64,000 bases of DNA, from the NCBI GenBank assembly GCA_951406725.2, contig OX597819.1, positions 39,928,001 through 39,992,000 on the forward strand, given 5' to 3'. Positions 53,779-64,000 of this stretch are shown here, piece by piece; within the stretch, counting starts at the first letter, position 1; every line of letters starts with the position of its first letter. Made by a program: the position numbers and the translations under genes. The DNA comes from Octopus vulgaris (Eukaryota). The notes beneath the pieces were generated by a model. That model searched no databases, was not told the DNA's origin, and saw only the letters and a program-made list of their open reading frames with translations.

Positions 53779-55635
53779 GTCCTGATGCAGTACCAGGTAG
53801 TGGCTTTCATGGCTTCTCATCTTAACTGATTGAAAGTGTTATCATGTACATTGTTTTGTCTAGGTATAAAAGATGGGCTACAGCAAATATTCTGCTCAAT
53901 ACCACAGATTCGCTTGTCAGTTGTTTGACCTTAACCAGTTGCGCATGTCCCTTTGTGGCTGATGATATGTACATCTCTGATCACGAGCAGAAGTAGTGGG
54001 AGAGCATCAAAGCCATGTGTTGAGAGAAATTATTTGGGGTTTGAATAGTTCACCTCTGGAAACATGGGTGTTTCGTTCAACATCCTTAAACAACCCTTAT
54101 TCAGGGACCTTTTAAGTAGGATGGGCTACTCAACCTCAAGAAAATTTTAACTGGGCCCCACCTGCAAGATCATGTGCTGTTTATCTTAATATTAATATGA
54201 GATCACCATGTCGCGCACATTTGGTTGTGATGCATGTGCCTAGTGTACCCTTATCAAACAGGTAATCATGATGGATATATAGGGCTTCGTATATTTTACC
54301 TCAGTGTCACTTTGATGGCATGTACTGCTCTCTCACTCAATGATTATAATAATGTTATCATGTACATTGTTTTGTCTTGGCATAAAAGATGGGCTACAGC
54401 AAATATTCTGCTCAGTACCACAGATTCGCATGTCAGTTGTTTGGTCTTAAGCATTTGAGCCTGTCCCTTTAGTGGCTGACGATATGTGCATCTCTGATCA
54501 CGAGCAGAAGTAGTGAGGGAGCATCATAGCCATGTGTTGAGAGGGATTCTTTGGGGTTTGAATAATTCACCTCAGGAAACATGAGTGTTTCGTTCATTAT
54601 CCTTAAATAATCCTTAAATAATCCTTAAATAAATGGGGAAAGGGAAGGAAAATTCACAGCGACAATGCTCTTCTCAATACGTGTGACGTACCAGTTAAGA
54701 CAATATTTTGCATTTCCTGTATGGATGGTAAGCCAGGGATCTTGAATAATTTTCAGTTCCTTTTTTGATCATTCCAAGTGCTCCTACAATCACTGGTATC
54801 GTAACGTCTTGAGATGCGACATCTTTTCGATTTAGATTAGCAGATCTTTATATTTTCTGAGCTTATCAAATTCTTTTGCCGGGATATTATGGTCACAGGA
54901 TATGCTGATGTCAATCAATAAACAGACTTTATTGTTTTTGTCTTTCACAACAATATCTGGTTTAATTGCCTTGATAGTCCGGTTTGTAGATACCGGGAAG
55001 TCCCAAAGAATCGTTACATTTTCTTCTTCATTTACAATCTCCGGGTGATGCTTGTACCATTTGTTAGCAGTTTCGATTTTATAATGCTGACACGTTATCC
55101 ACTGTAGATATTGGCCAACTCTGTCATGTCTTAATTTGTACTCTACAGGTACTAAAATTTTACATCCAGAGATTAGGTGGTCGACTGTTTCTGTCCCATC
55201 ATTGCAGTATTGACACTTTGAGTCTACTCCATTCTTGATCACATTGGCTTCATAGTTCTGCGTCAATAAGCTCTGATCTTGGACAGTCAGGATAAAATTT
55301 TCACTTTCTGCCTTTAGCCCTGAGCTCCGTAGCCACTGATGGATGTGCTTCTGGTCTTCATCAGCTTGTTTGCTATGGGCCACATATTTGCCATGCAGAG
55401 GCTTTTGCTCCCACCTATCAGCCAATTATTCAAGCTCATTTTGCTTTGCTATTGATTTCACTTTCTTTGTAACTACAGTTGCTGCACTTCCCCAATGCTA
55501 TTCAACCTGAGTATTATGCATATAACCATTTGGAATGTTTTTCTCTCCTTCATTACAGAATGAAGCTTCTTAAGTCTTTCATGGTTTTCAACGAGCTTTA
55601 GCATCCAGTCGTTAGATGTTTCAAGATATTTTATT
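53777..55635 (-). mobile_element. R4/Dong-like RLE LINE 3' portion with probable long, partly duplicated 3' UTR
   Basis: ORF 54832-55425: KPLHGKY, QDQ, CQYC..ETVDHLISGC, RHD, KPDIVV; block 53836-54090 repeated at 54352-54610; ends at (TAA)n. Confidence 0.8.
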
Positions 55636-55659
55636 ACCTCCTTAATTTTTTTTTGTCGT

Positions 55660-56150
55660 GCATTTAATTGTGTTGTTGCAATAAAAAATATGTTTACATA
55701 TTCAAGTAGTCAGGGAGAAAAGAAAGGTAAAATTTTCACACAAAATTGTAGATATTAAAGTTTTGATCGTTTGTATGTCTGGTCAGAGAAGACTGTAGTG
55801 TTTTTGCAATAAAATGGATGTTTACATTTCGGAATACTCTGGGAGAAAGGAAAGAAAAGGAGGGTAAAATTTTCACAGAAAATTGTTGATATTAAAGTTT
55901 TAAAACTTGCTAAAGATGATGTTTTGTATGTCTGAACAGAGAAAATTGTAGTGTTCTTAGAATAAAAAGGATGTTTACATTGGAATACTCACGGAGAAAG
56001 GAAAATATAGATATTCACAGAAGTAGTAGATATTAAAGTTTTTAAAGCTCATCGTTTTCGCGTTCGAAAACTGTAGATATGTAAGTTTCTTAAATTATTT
56101 TGAGAGAAATTTAAAATACTCACAGGGAATTGTAGATTTTCCAGTCTTTG
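55660..56150. repeat. degenerate minisatellite (~130-150 bp units)
   Basis: AATAAAA..ATGTTTACAT..GGAGAAA..GTAGATATTAAAGTTTT recurs near 55680, 55808 and 55961. Confidence 0.7.
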
Positions 56151-56280
56151 AGAGTTATTTTTCAGTTGTCCTGCTGGGGTGTATTAGTGTTTCTGTGTCT
56201 CAGCTGCTGACTGGTCAGAGCAGCGAAGAGCAAGTCCAACCACTGTCAAGGCTGGCGCTCTCTAACTGTATTATGGCAGA

Positions 56281-56341
<61 letters not shown>

Positions 56342-56354
56342 TTCTCTATATATA

Positions 56355-56417
56355 ATATAAATAATATATATGCATATATACATACGTATATGTACGTACT
56401 GACATCTATACGTATAC

Positions 56418-56472
<55 letters not shown>

Positions 56473-56730
56473 TATATGGGCACAGGACGTCACAAAACGT
56501 GTACAACAAAAAAATACGAAGCACGAGTACATGGAATATAAACTATTCTTTCGAACAACGAAAGACACAAATGGAAAACAAAACAAACATAATGAACGAC
56601 CCTTCATAAGTTGTTGGCTGTTTTTCTAGTCTCGTATTTCAAGTATTTAACAACAATACCCACTTTCGATAAAACAGTTGCTCCCGCAAAGCAAATTAAA
56701 TAAAATTTGGGATTTTGCGGAGGGTCAAAA
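56355..56730 (+). repeat. diverged copy of the 15535-15875 repeat family
   Basis: ATATATGGGCACAGGAC and CCCGCAAAGCAAATTAAATAAAATTTG..TTTTGCGGAGGG shared. Confidence 0.6.
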
Positions 56731-58769
56731 TTGGTAACACAAATAGGACAGTGAAAACAGACAGAAAGGGCTGCTAAGCCTAAACGGCGTTGTGATGGCG
56801 AACGCGTAAATCAAGCTAGGACAGGAAACAAACAAGAACACGTCTTCCTTGTTCCAGCTACAACGGAGAGAAAGAATAATGGTTGATGGTCACGTGGGAG
56901 CCATATGAGCAGGAGAAGAGGAGTGAGATAGAGAGAGTGACTTTTCCATTTTTCCCGAGCATCAAACACTTGTTTGTTGTTCCTACATCTGTCTAAGTCT
57001 TTGTTTTTCTATAAATTTGAACTATACACAGAATATATATTTATGCCAGTTGTGTTCAATTCCATTTCAGATTACATATAAATCGCGTGTTTATTATGCA
57101 TGCAGACTCCATTTCACCTAATCAGAACTTTTTGTTCACGTGATAAATTCTAGAACTTGCCTTCTTCAACGAAGCTCTTAAATACAGAGACTTTTAACTC
57201 GAAAAGGCAGAGGGAATTCTGGTTTCGTTGAGTCGGTCACAGGTGAATTTTCTCTCTCAAAGCTGTTTTCACAGCTTCATACCTAAACCAGCGCGATTCC
57301 CTTAATAGCTATGTTCACAACTCTATATTCAACCCGGAGATGGATGAAGGATGAACGGAGCCATGCGTAATTGCAGCGTTGTGAAAAATCAGACTAATTA
57401 TCAGTTATTTGTCGAAGGACTCCGGCACCTAAAAACACGATGTTCATATAAGATTGACGATGTATTGCATGAAGCCTTGAATATAAACTGACAAAAAATC
57501 TTTGTCATAACCAACGCTACATATTCACGAAATGTTTTTAATCTACAAAGATGTTTATAATGTGTAATGTCGTGTAGAATGAATTTTATAAGAACAAGGC
57601 TTTCTTGAACACTTATGATATTGTGCAATAATCTCATTTTACTAATTGGTTGATATTTTTATTAACTGTCTTTTAAGGGGAAATAAATAATTATGTTAGT
57701 TTTGGGAAATTCTGTTACGGAATTTGGTGTTTTTCTATCGAGTGATTGTTTACTTCACGAGGATCCGTGAGATCTCAAGATTGGGTCTCTAACCAACATC
57801 AGATCAAATTCAAAACCCCTTGACTTCAAGATTGTTCTTTAAATAATGTTTTCTGGGTTTTTTTGTTGTTGTTGTTGTTGTTTTTTTTTGTTTTTTTTTT
57901 AACTCATTAGTATGATTAATGAGAAGGTATTAGCTCCGAACCAAAACTGTCCTTCATTTCTTAGAAGATACACGGGGAGTGATCCAAAGAGGCGTTCTAA
58001 TAGCACAGTACAAGCCATTCTGAGAGCGAGCAAAAGATAAATAGGTAGGAAGATATGCAGAAAGGTATAAAGAGAGAGAGAGAAAGAGGAACACGGAAAC
58101 AAGATTGCCTCAGCAGGATTTGAACTCTGTATGCAAGCAACCGAAACAATTACCACGTGGCAAGTGTTGTGCCAATCAACCATACCACAAACTATAAATC
58201 TTTGCATTCCAAAGGTTATGACTATAAACAAAAATCTTAAGAAGTAGTCTGGAATGTGCAATATTTTCTGACACGTGTATACTGCTAAATATAACACATG
58301 AAAATAGAACGAATACTAAAATATTCTCACTAGTTTTGTTTGCGCGGGTAGTGGTTTTAACTACTTTATCAGTCATTAAGATTAACCTAGAAATAGACAA
58401 AAGGCAGGGAGGAGAGATAAGTGAGTCTTAAAAACGGAACCTGGGTGCCATATTTAATTGTTTGTGTTTGTTATGTGCAGGAATTGGTTTATTTTCATTT
58501 ACCTAGTTGTTTTACTTGATATTGCCTTTTTTGGCATTTTTCATCTCCCCTTTAGCTATTGCTGTACTTTCTTTGAGACCTGTTCCTGCGTTTTTCTTTC
58601 ACCATCTTCTTCTGTTGTCCTTCAAAGATCTCTATCGAGCTCTTCACCTTTATTTTCAAATCTCCATTTCCCCCCATGGTCTTTTATCCCTGACTTTTCT
58701 TTGAGTTTTAGCACCAAGAATTTCTACAGCAACAAAAGCGGCACAGTATATAAGGCCGCTTAGGTCTTG

Positions 58770-59243
58770 TATTTCCAACACAGATTTTCGTAAACTGCTA
58801 CTCTGTTTTTGCTACTTCACATACTTTTTCTTTTATTCCCCAAGCCGGTAGTCTTTTTCTTTTAAAATTCGTGTCTCATTTAGCCATTGTAGTGAGCTCA
58901 TTTCCTTTCAGTAACATCCCTTCCTTCCACAAAATGAACTTTTTCCATCCTAGCTATTATTTCTCTTCTGATGGTCTATTGGACGTTTTGTTATTTCCTG
59001 TTCGGTTTCTTCTTCTTCTTCTTCTCCTAAGTAACCACGTTCTTCATCTTTTACTGTTTTGGATATCTCTTACAACTCTAACGAGGACAACCACTGTCTT
59101 TTCACGATTAAATTTTATTTCTGTGACTGAGAACATGTCTTTCTCTGTCCACATTTTATACATCCTTTTCCTATATCCTGTTTTAACAGCCTCACTTCTG
59201 TAGTAAGATTCACTTAGTTTTCTTGTTATCTTGCAACCATCTA
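58770..59243 (-). pseudogene. R4/Dong-like LINE N-terminal remnant
   Basis: YYRSEAVKTGYRKRMYKMW resembles the N-terminal Y.S....GYRKRM...W motif; abuts (TAA)n. Confidence 0.55.
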
Positions 59244-59252
59244 TTATTATTA

Positions 59253-59310
<58 letters not shown>

Positions 59311-59334
59311 CATCACCATCATCATCATCTTCAC

Positions 59335-59592
59335 TTTTGTAAATCTCAGACACTTTAGATGTTAAACGATCCGGACATTTCGATTAGGGAGCGGTCAACA
59401 AGAAGCTGACAAAGCTCCCTTACTTCTTCCTCTCCTGTGCCTTACATGGATAAGACTTTCCATAAAATCCTTGCCGTACCAAGAAGCGCTGTCCTCTGTA
59501 TGAACTGTAGCCTTCCATCAATTCCGCTTTTATTTACACAGTCCTCAGTACTGTCCGATATGCATCCCAGTGCTCTCATCACCAGTGTTGTT
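59335..59592 (-). mobile_element. R4/Dong-like LINE extreme 3' end between (TAA)n tracts
   Basis: RALG..IQRTALLGTARILWKVLSM* plus short UTR. Confidence 0.75.
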
Positions 59593-59593
59593 A

Positions 59594-59657
<64 letters not shown>

Positions 59658-60004
59658 CATCATCATCATCATTATTATTCTATGTATGACTTTTGTAATG
59701 AAATTAAAATAAAAATTTGATCTTTCTATCCGAAAATTATTGTTCGATGAATTAATTTCATCAATGGTTCGTCTGAATATATTTCAAATTGCTTGTAAAC
59801 AGTACCGCTCGTATTTTGTACATTCCATTGAGACGGGAAAAGAATCAGTTTAAGGGTAGTGTGAATACACGACGCATGATGAGCGTGGTTGAGTACCCAT
59901 AAAATAATCAGAACTTGCACTAGTACTACTCTTCTCAGCGAAGTTTTCAAGACTTCATTTTAGATGAATGCAAACGTTATCTTATTTATTGAAGATAAGT
60001 TGTA

Positions 60005-60190
60005 TGACCTGATGGTTAGGTTGTTGTTCTCACAATCGTTAGATCGTGAGTTCAATTCCTAGGACGAGTGGCACGTTGTGTCCTTGAGCAAGGGCATTCA
60101 TTTCATATTGTTCTAGCCAACTCAGCTGAATATGAATACGAACCCAATACTGATGCAGCCTTCTTTCCCTCTTGTCACATTCTGGGTTTT
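60005..60190 (+). mobile_element. family A SINE, degenerate
   Basis: GAGTTCAATTCC..GTTGTGTCCTTGAGCAAG. Confidence 0.6.
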
Positions 60191-61667
60191 ATATTGGGTC
60201 AACAGAGAGGGTCATGAAAATGTTCTTGTCTTGTTCATGCAACTAGACAGACATCTAAAACAATTAGCGAAAGTATGGTACACGCTACCAAGCCATACTC
60301 GCTTTTGGATGACAGCAATGTTTTTGCTTTGTCTATTCATTGTAAACTTCTCAGCTGGAACTGCTATAGTCAATCTACAAGCTGGATTTCAAACTCATTC
60401 AACTTTCAGAGAAAGTAAACTTAAAACTATAGAAATATAATAATTAAATAACTAAATGCGTAAAAAAGTAAAAGATGACTCGTTAAATTTAGTGGAACTG
60501 TTGATACCATCGGTTTTTAATCATTCTATTTTGCTTTACTTCTTTCCTTAATTCAGGATTATTTTCTTCTGAATTACTACTCATTTCGTTCTTGTTATTG
60601 TTCTTAGTGCTTAAAGTCTGCTTCCAAACTATAATCCTATACTTCTATATCGAGTCAGTAGAAATATATCAGTTGAACAAGAGAATATTTACTTGTCAAA
60701 CTGCGCCTCTTGTCGTAAGAAGTTTTCTAAGAATACGAAAGGAATTCGAAGCATGCTGTTTGATTCAAGACAAAATACAGAAAAGACGACGTGTTCAGAA
60801 AGGAAGGAAGAAGAGAAAAAAGAAAACAAAGAAGCGGGAGTTGCAGGATTTTTTTTTTTTTTAATATAGGATGCTCAATACAATGAGATAAATACATCAC
60901 CACATCAACACCGTTTGATCAATAAACACGACATGGTGTCTTTTCTGAAACCAAAGAATTCTCCTCGTGTTTTTCGTCATCTCTCGAACTTTCAAAACAC
61001 AAATACAAATTTTAAAAGAGGTGACTGACTTTATCAGTAGATAGTGAAGTGGTTTCGTTTAATGAATATGATATCAGAAAGGAAGAGAAAATACTACTAC
61101 TGAAATAGAAAGAATAATGGTACTTTTGATTTCTTGCGGAACCTTACATTGTAATGAGAATGATTTCCAATATAATTTATTTTACAATGGAATTTAAAAT
61201 AAGAAATTTGCTTTTGCAAGTGTTAAGATATTAGTCATATTACCATTGTTCAATCATTGCTGAAGACGGTGGAATGGTTAAAACGGTTGTGTCGAATAGA
61301 AAGGTGTTAATCCCCCGCCTCCGCACTATATGTTGAGTTCAGAAACTGCTAGGGTGGAAGCCAGTTTACTCATCGCCTCTTCCAGGCTATACAAATAGTT
61401 ACTTGCTAATGTCATCATTACTACAAATTTAATTTTCTCTGGGACTTAAAATTTCGCTTGGCGGTTTTTGAAACCAATGAAGAATTAACATTTCTTCACT
61501 GGCTGAAAAAAACCAACGGACGAAATTCAAAGATCCTGTCAAAAATTAATTTTATAATAAATTTGACTCTACTCTCAGCATTGAATCGCCCAATGTTCAA
61601 TTATTGTTCTTAAATTTGCTTTAAAATAATAACCGTTAATAAACATTTAATATCATTAATATTATTA

Positions 61668-62075
61668 AGACGGCGAGCTAGCAGAAATGTTTAGAGGTAT
61701 TTCGTCTGTCTTTACGTTCTGAGTTCAAATTCCGCCGAGTTCGACTTTGTCTGTCATCCTTTCGAGGTCGATAAATTATGTACCAGTTGCATACTGGGGT
61801 CGATCTAATCGACTGGCCTCCTCCCAAAAAATTTCAGGCCTTGTGTATAGAGTAGAAAAGAATATTATTAAGGCGGCGAGCTGGCAGAACTGTTAACATG
61901 CCAGGCAAAATGATTAGTGGCATTTCGTCCGTCTTTACGTTCTGAGTTCAGATTCCGATGAGGTCGTCCTTGCCTTTTGTCATTTCGGATTCGATAAAAT
62001 ATTACTAGTTGAGTACTGGGGTCGATGTAATTGACTTCACATCGCCTTCGAAATTGCTTTCTTCCAAAATTCGAA
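61668..62075 (+). mobile_element. two adjacent family C SINEs
   Basis: 61668-61862 and 61872-62075. Confidence 0.8.
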
Positions 62076-62299
62076 AGCAAATTTCTCAATATCATTTTGT
62101 CATGACTTAGTTAGAGGAGGGACCACGGTTCCTATGATCTTTTCCAAAGGAAAGGAGTGAACTTTTCCTTATAGCGAAGTGCTGCCCGGATGCTTGTAAC
62201 AGAAGTGATTCGGCTAAAGGCACCCAAGAGCCAGATGCTGGTGCTAAACCGAGCGATAGGTTATGTCTAACACCCAAGAATATGAAAGGTTCCTCTAGT

Positions 62300-62432
62300 A
62301 GGTTTCCACACAGTCTCCATCTACCAAATTCTATTCAAAAAGCTTTGACCGATCTGAGGCTATAATAGAGGACTCGAGATGTTGGACAGTGAGATTAAAG
62401 CAAGCTTCTAAATCACCCAGCCATGCTTATGC
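62300..62432 (-). mobile_element. family B SINE, highly degenerate
   Basis: CCATCTACCAAATTC..AGCTTTGACCG..CAGCCATGC. Confidence 0.45.
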
Positions 62433-62749
62433 CCATACGTATATCACATTTGGTTTAGAATTGTTGAAGAAGTGGTTAAAATGTTAGCTAACTGAATCTA
62501 CGACACCGATCCGATTTTCTAGTAGATTACCTTACTAGAAATAGCAGTCAAATTTCATCCACACTTAACTGTTATATAAAAAAAGGACAATGGATAATGT
62601 GGTCGTATATGAACACTACTTGCATGAAGATGGGATGGTCAAGTCTGAATGCATTTGATCATAGATCTGCTGAATCAAGACCGACGTGGGGTTAAATAAC
62701 AATAACAAGTTGTTGTTGGAAAATACAAGAATGAACATCACAACTACAA

Positions 62750-62865
62750 CTGGTATCAAAGAATTCCAAGACTAGTTATGTTTAATAAAAAGTAGCTTAT
62801 TTACCAAAATTTTGATATCTCCTTCGAAATATTTACCTTGCGCTGCAATAAACCGGTCCCAGCGT
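62750..62865 (-). mobile_element. mariner 3'-terminal fragment
   Basis: Minus strand encodes RWDRFIAAQGKYFEGD, like the mariner C-terminus. Confidence 0.55.
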
Positions 62866-63359
62866 GAAATCCAATATGCATATAACAGAGACTTATATTT
62901 TGTAGACCTAACCATGCCTGGACATATAATTCGGATTGAATGTTTTGGATGCTAGAATTAAACTTGTTCGTGTTAAATGGATGCGTTAAGTAATATTTGG
63001 ATTATGTTTGTATGATTAATATATTCATACGCAAATATCTTGTTTGTGCATATGTGTATATATATTTGTGTATGTATGAATATTTATTATTCGTACCTTG
63101 TTTCATGAATTTTTGTTATGTTGTTTAGTATTATCGTTAAAACAACAATACTGTTGGTACTTTTAAAAGTGGTAGTATATTACGTTAGAATGCATTTACT
63201 GGAATATAAGACGCATGATGTACCCAATGTAATGTAATATATTGTTCAATGTTGTTCTTTATGTATTTTGCACATGTGTTTACTATGTACGATTTGCCTA
63301 TGTATGTATATGTATATGTATGCATATTTGTATATTTTTTCTATATGTATATATGTGTT

Positions 63360-63405
<46 letters not shown>

Positions 63406-63521
63406 CGTGTGGGTGTATTTTGAACATTTGTCATATCATTTATTTGTTCGGTTTTATTGGATAGTAAGTGAAGCATGTATAATATATCAACATTATTATT
63501 ATACTTTTCTAGTTATTTAAA

Positions 63522-63653
63522 TCCTCTGACGAGGCCTTTTGTTATTTAAACATACAAGTATAATATTTAATGCGTAGAACTATATTACACTGGCATCTAT
63601 AGGCAATATAAGTTGAATTGACTCTTGACCATAGGCTGAAACACCTGTAAGGA
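63522..63653 (+). ncRNA. type-I hammerhead with 105 nt stem-II domain
   Basis: UCCU-CUGACGA-GGCCU...AGGCU-GAAA-C(ACCU)G-UA-AGGA; complete core. Confidence 0.7.
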
Positions 63654-63721
63654 GCAGTTTATTTGTATTATTTTAATTTTTATTATTATATTACATGGTT
63701 GTATACTGTCAATTTAACGTG

Positions 63722-64000
63722 ACAGTAGGGGATTACACCACCGCTGTTTAGCCCTAGGAAGCATTGACGCCTCCTGATGGCTTCGACACATTTTTTTCCT
63801 GTGTCCTTATATATTTACGAAGGGGAGACAAATACTCCCAGCATCCAGGCCTGCATCTAGAGACACGCATGTTTCAGGATCTTTGTCCATCATCGGTCTA
63901 GAGTAGCAGAAGCCCGCCAGCCGGGATTACAGTATGGGATTACACCACCGCTGTAAATATATAAGGACACAGGAAAAAATGTGTCGAAGCCATCAGGAGG
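63722..64000. repeat. inverted repeat plus 26 bp direct repeat, cut by the window end
   Basis: 63954-64000 is the reverse complement of about 63769-63818; 63722-63747 is repeated at 63929-63954 with 1 mismatch. Confidence 0.8.

Noticed and set aside
56185-56265. HDV-like ribozyme on the minus strand near an R4-like element
   Set aside because: An L3-like UCUUCGCU and a P1-like stem exist, but there is no adequate P2 or J4/2.
57899-58297. 132 aa hydrophobic ORF
   Set aside because: No recognisable motif or splice support; composition is explained by the purine-rich opposite strand.

Overview
AT-rich, repeat-saturated eukaryotic (animal) non-coding DNA. The SINE families and the very dense (TA)n/(TATG)n/(TAA)n microsatellites suggest an octopus (coleoid cephalopod) genome; this is an inference, not a database match. 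I find no supportable host protein-coding gene: most ORFs in the track are translations of microsatellites, and the rest are decayed transposon fragments. Those fragments are Tc1/mariner DNA transposons (one near-intact IR/DR Tc1 at 31015-32594), R4/Dong-like RLE LINEs embedded in (TAA)n, Tx1/L1-like and Penelope-like remnants, an RTE-like non-coding element, Helitron-like elements and three tRNA-headed SINE families. The most interesting signal is absent from the ORF track: about 18 type-I hammerhead-ribozyme motifs, of which 5 have a complete canonical core and the rest are variant or decayed. They belong to several unrelated short elements, mostly next to (TA)n tracts and often inside inverted repeats, which is the signature of Penelope-like elements (PLEs) or retrozymes. 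Several carry unusually long stem-II inserts or a recurrent non-canonical core. All folds were read by eye; element boundaries are approximate.
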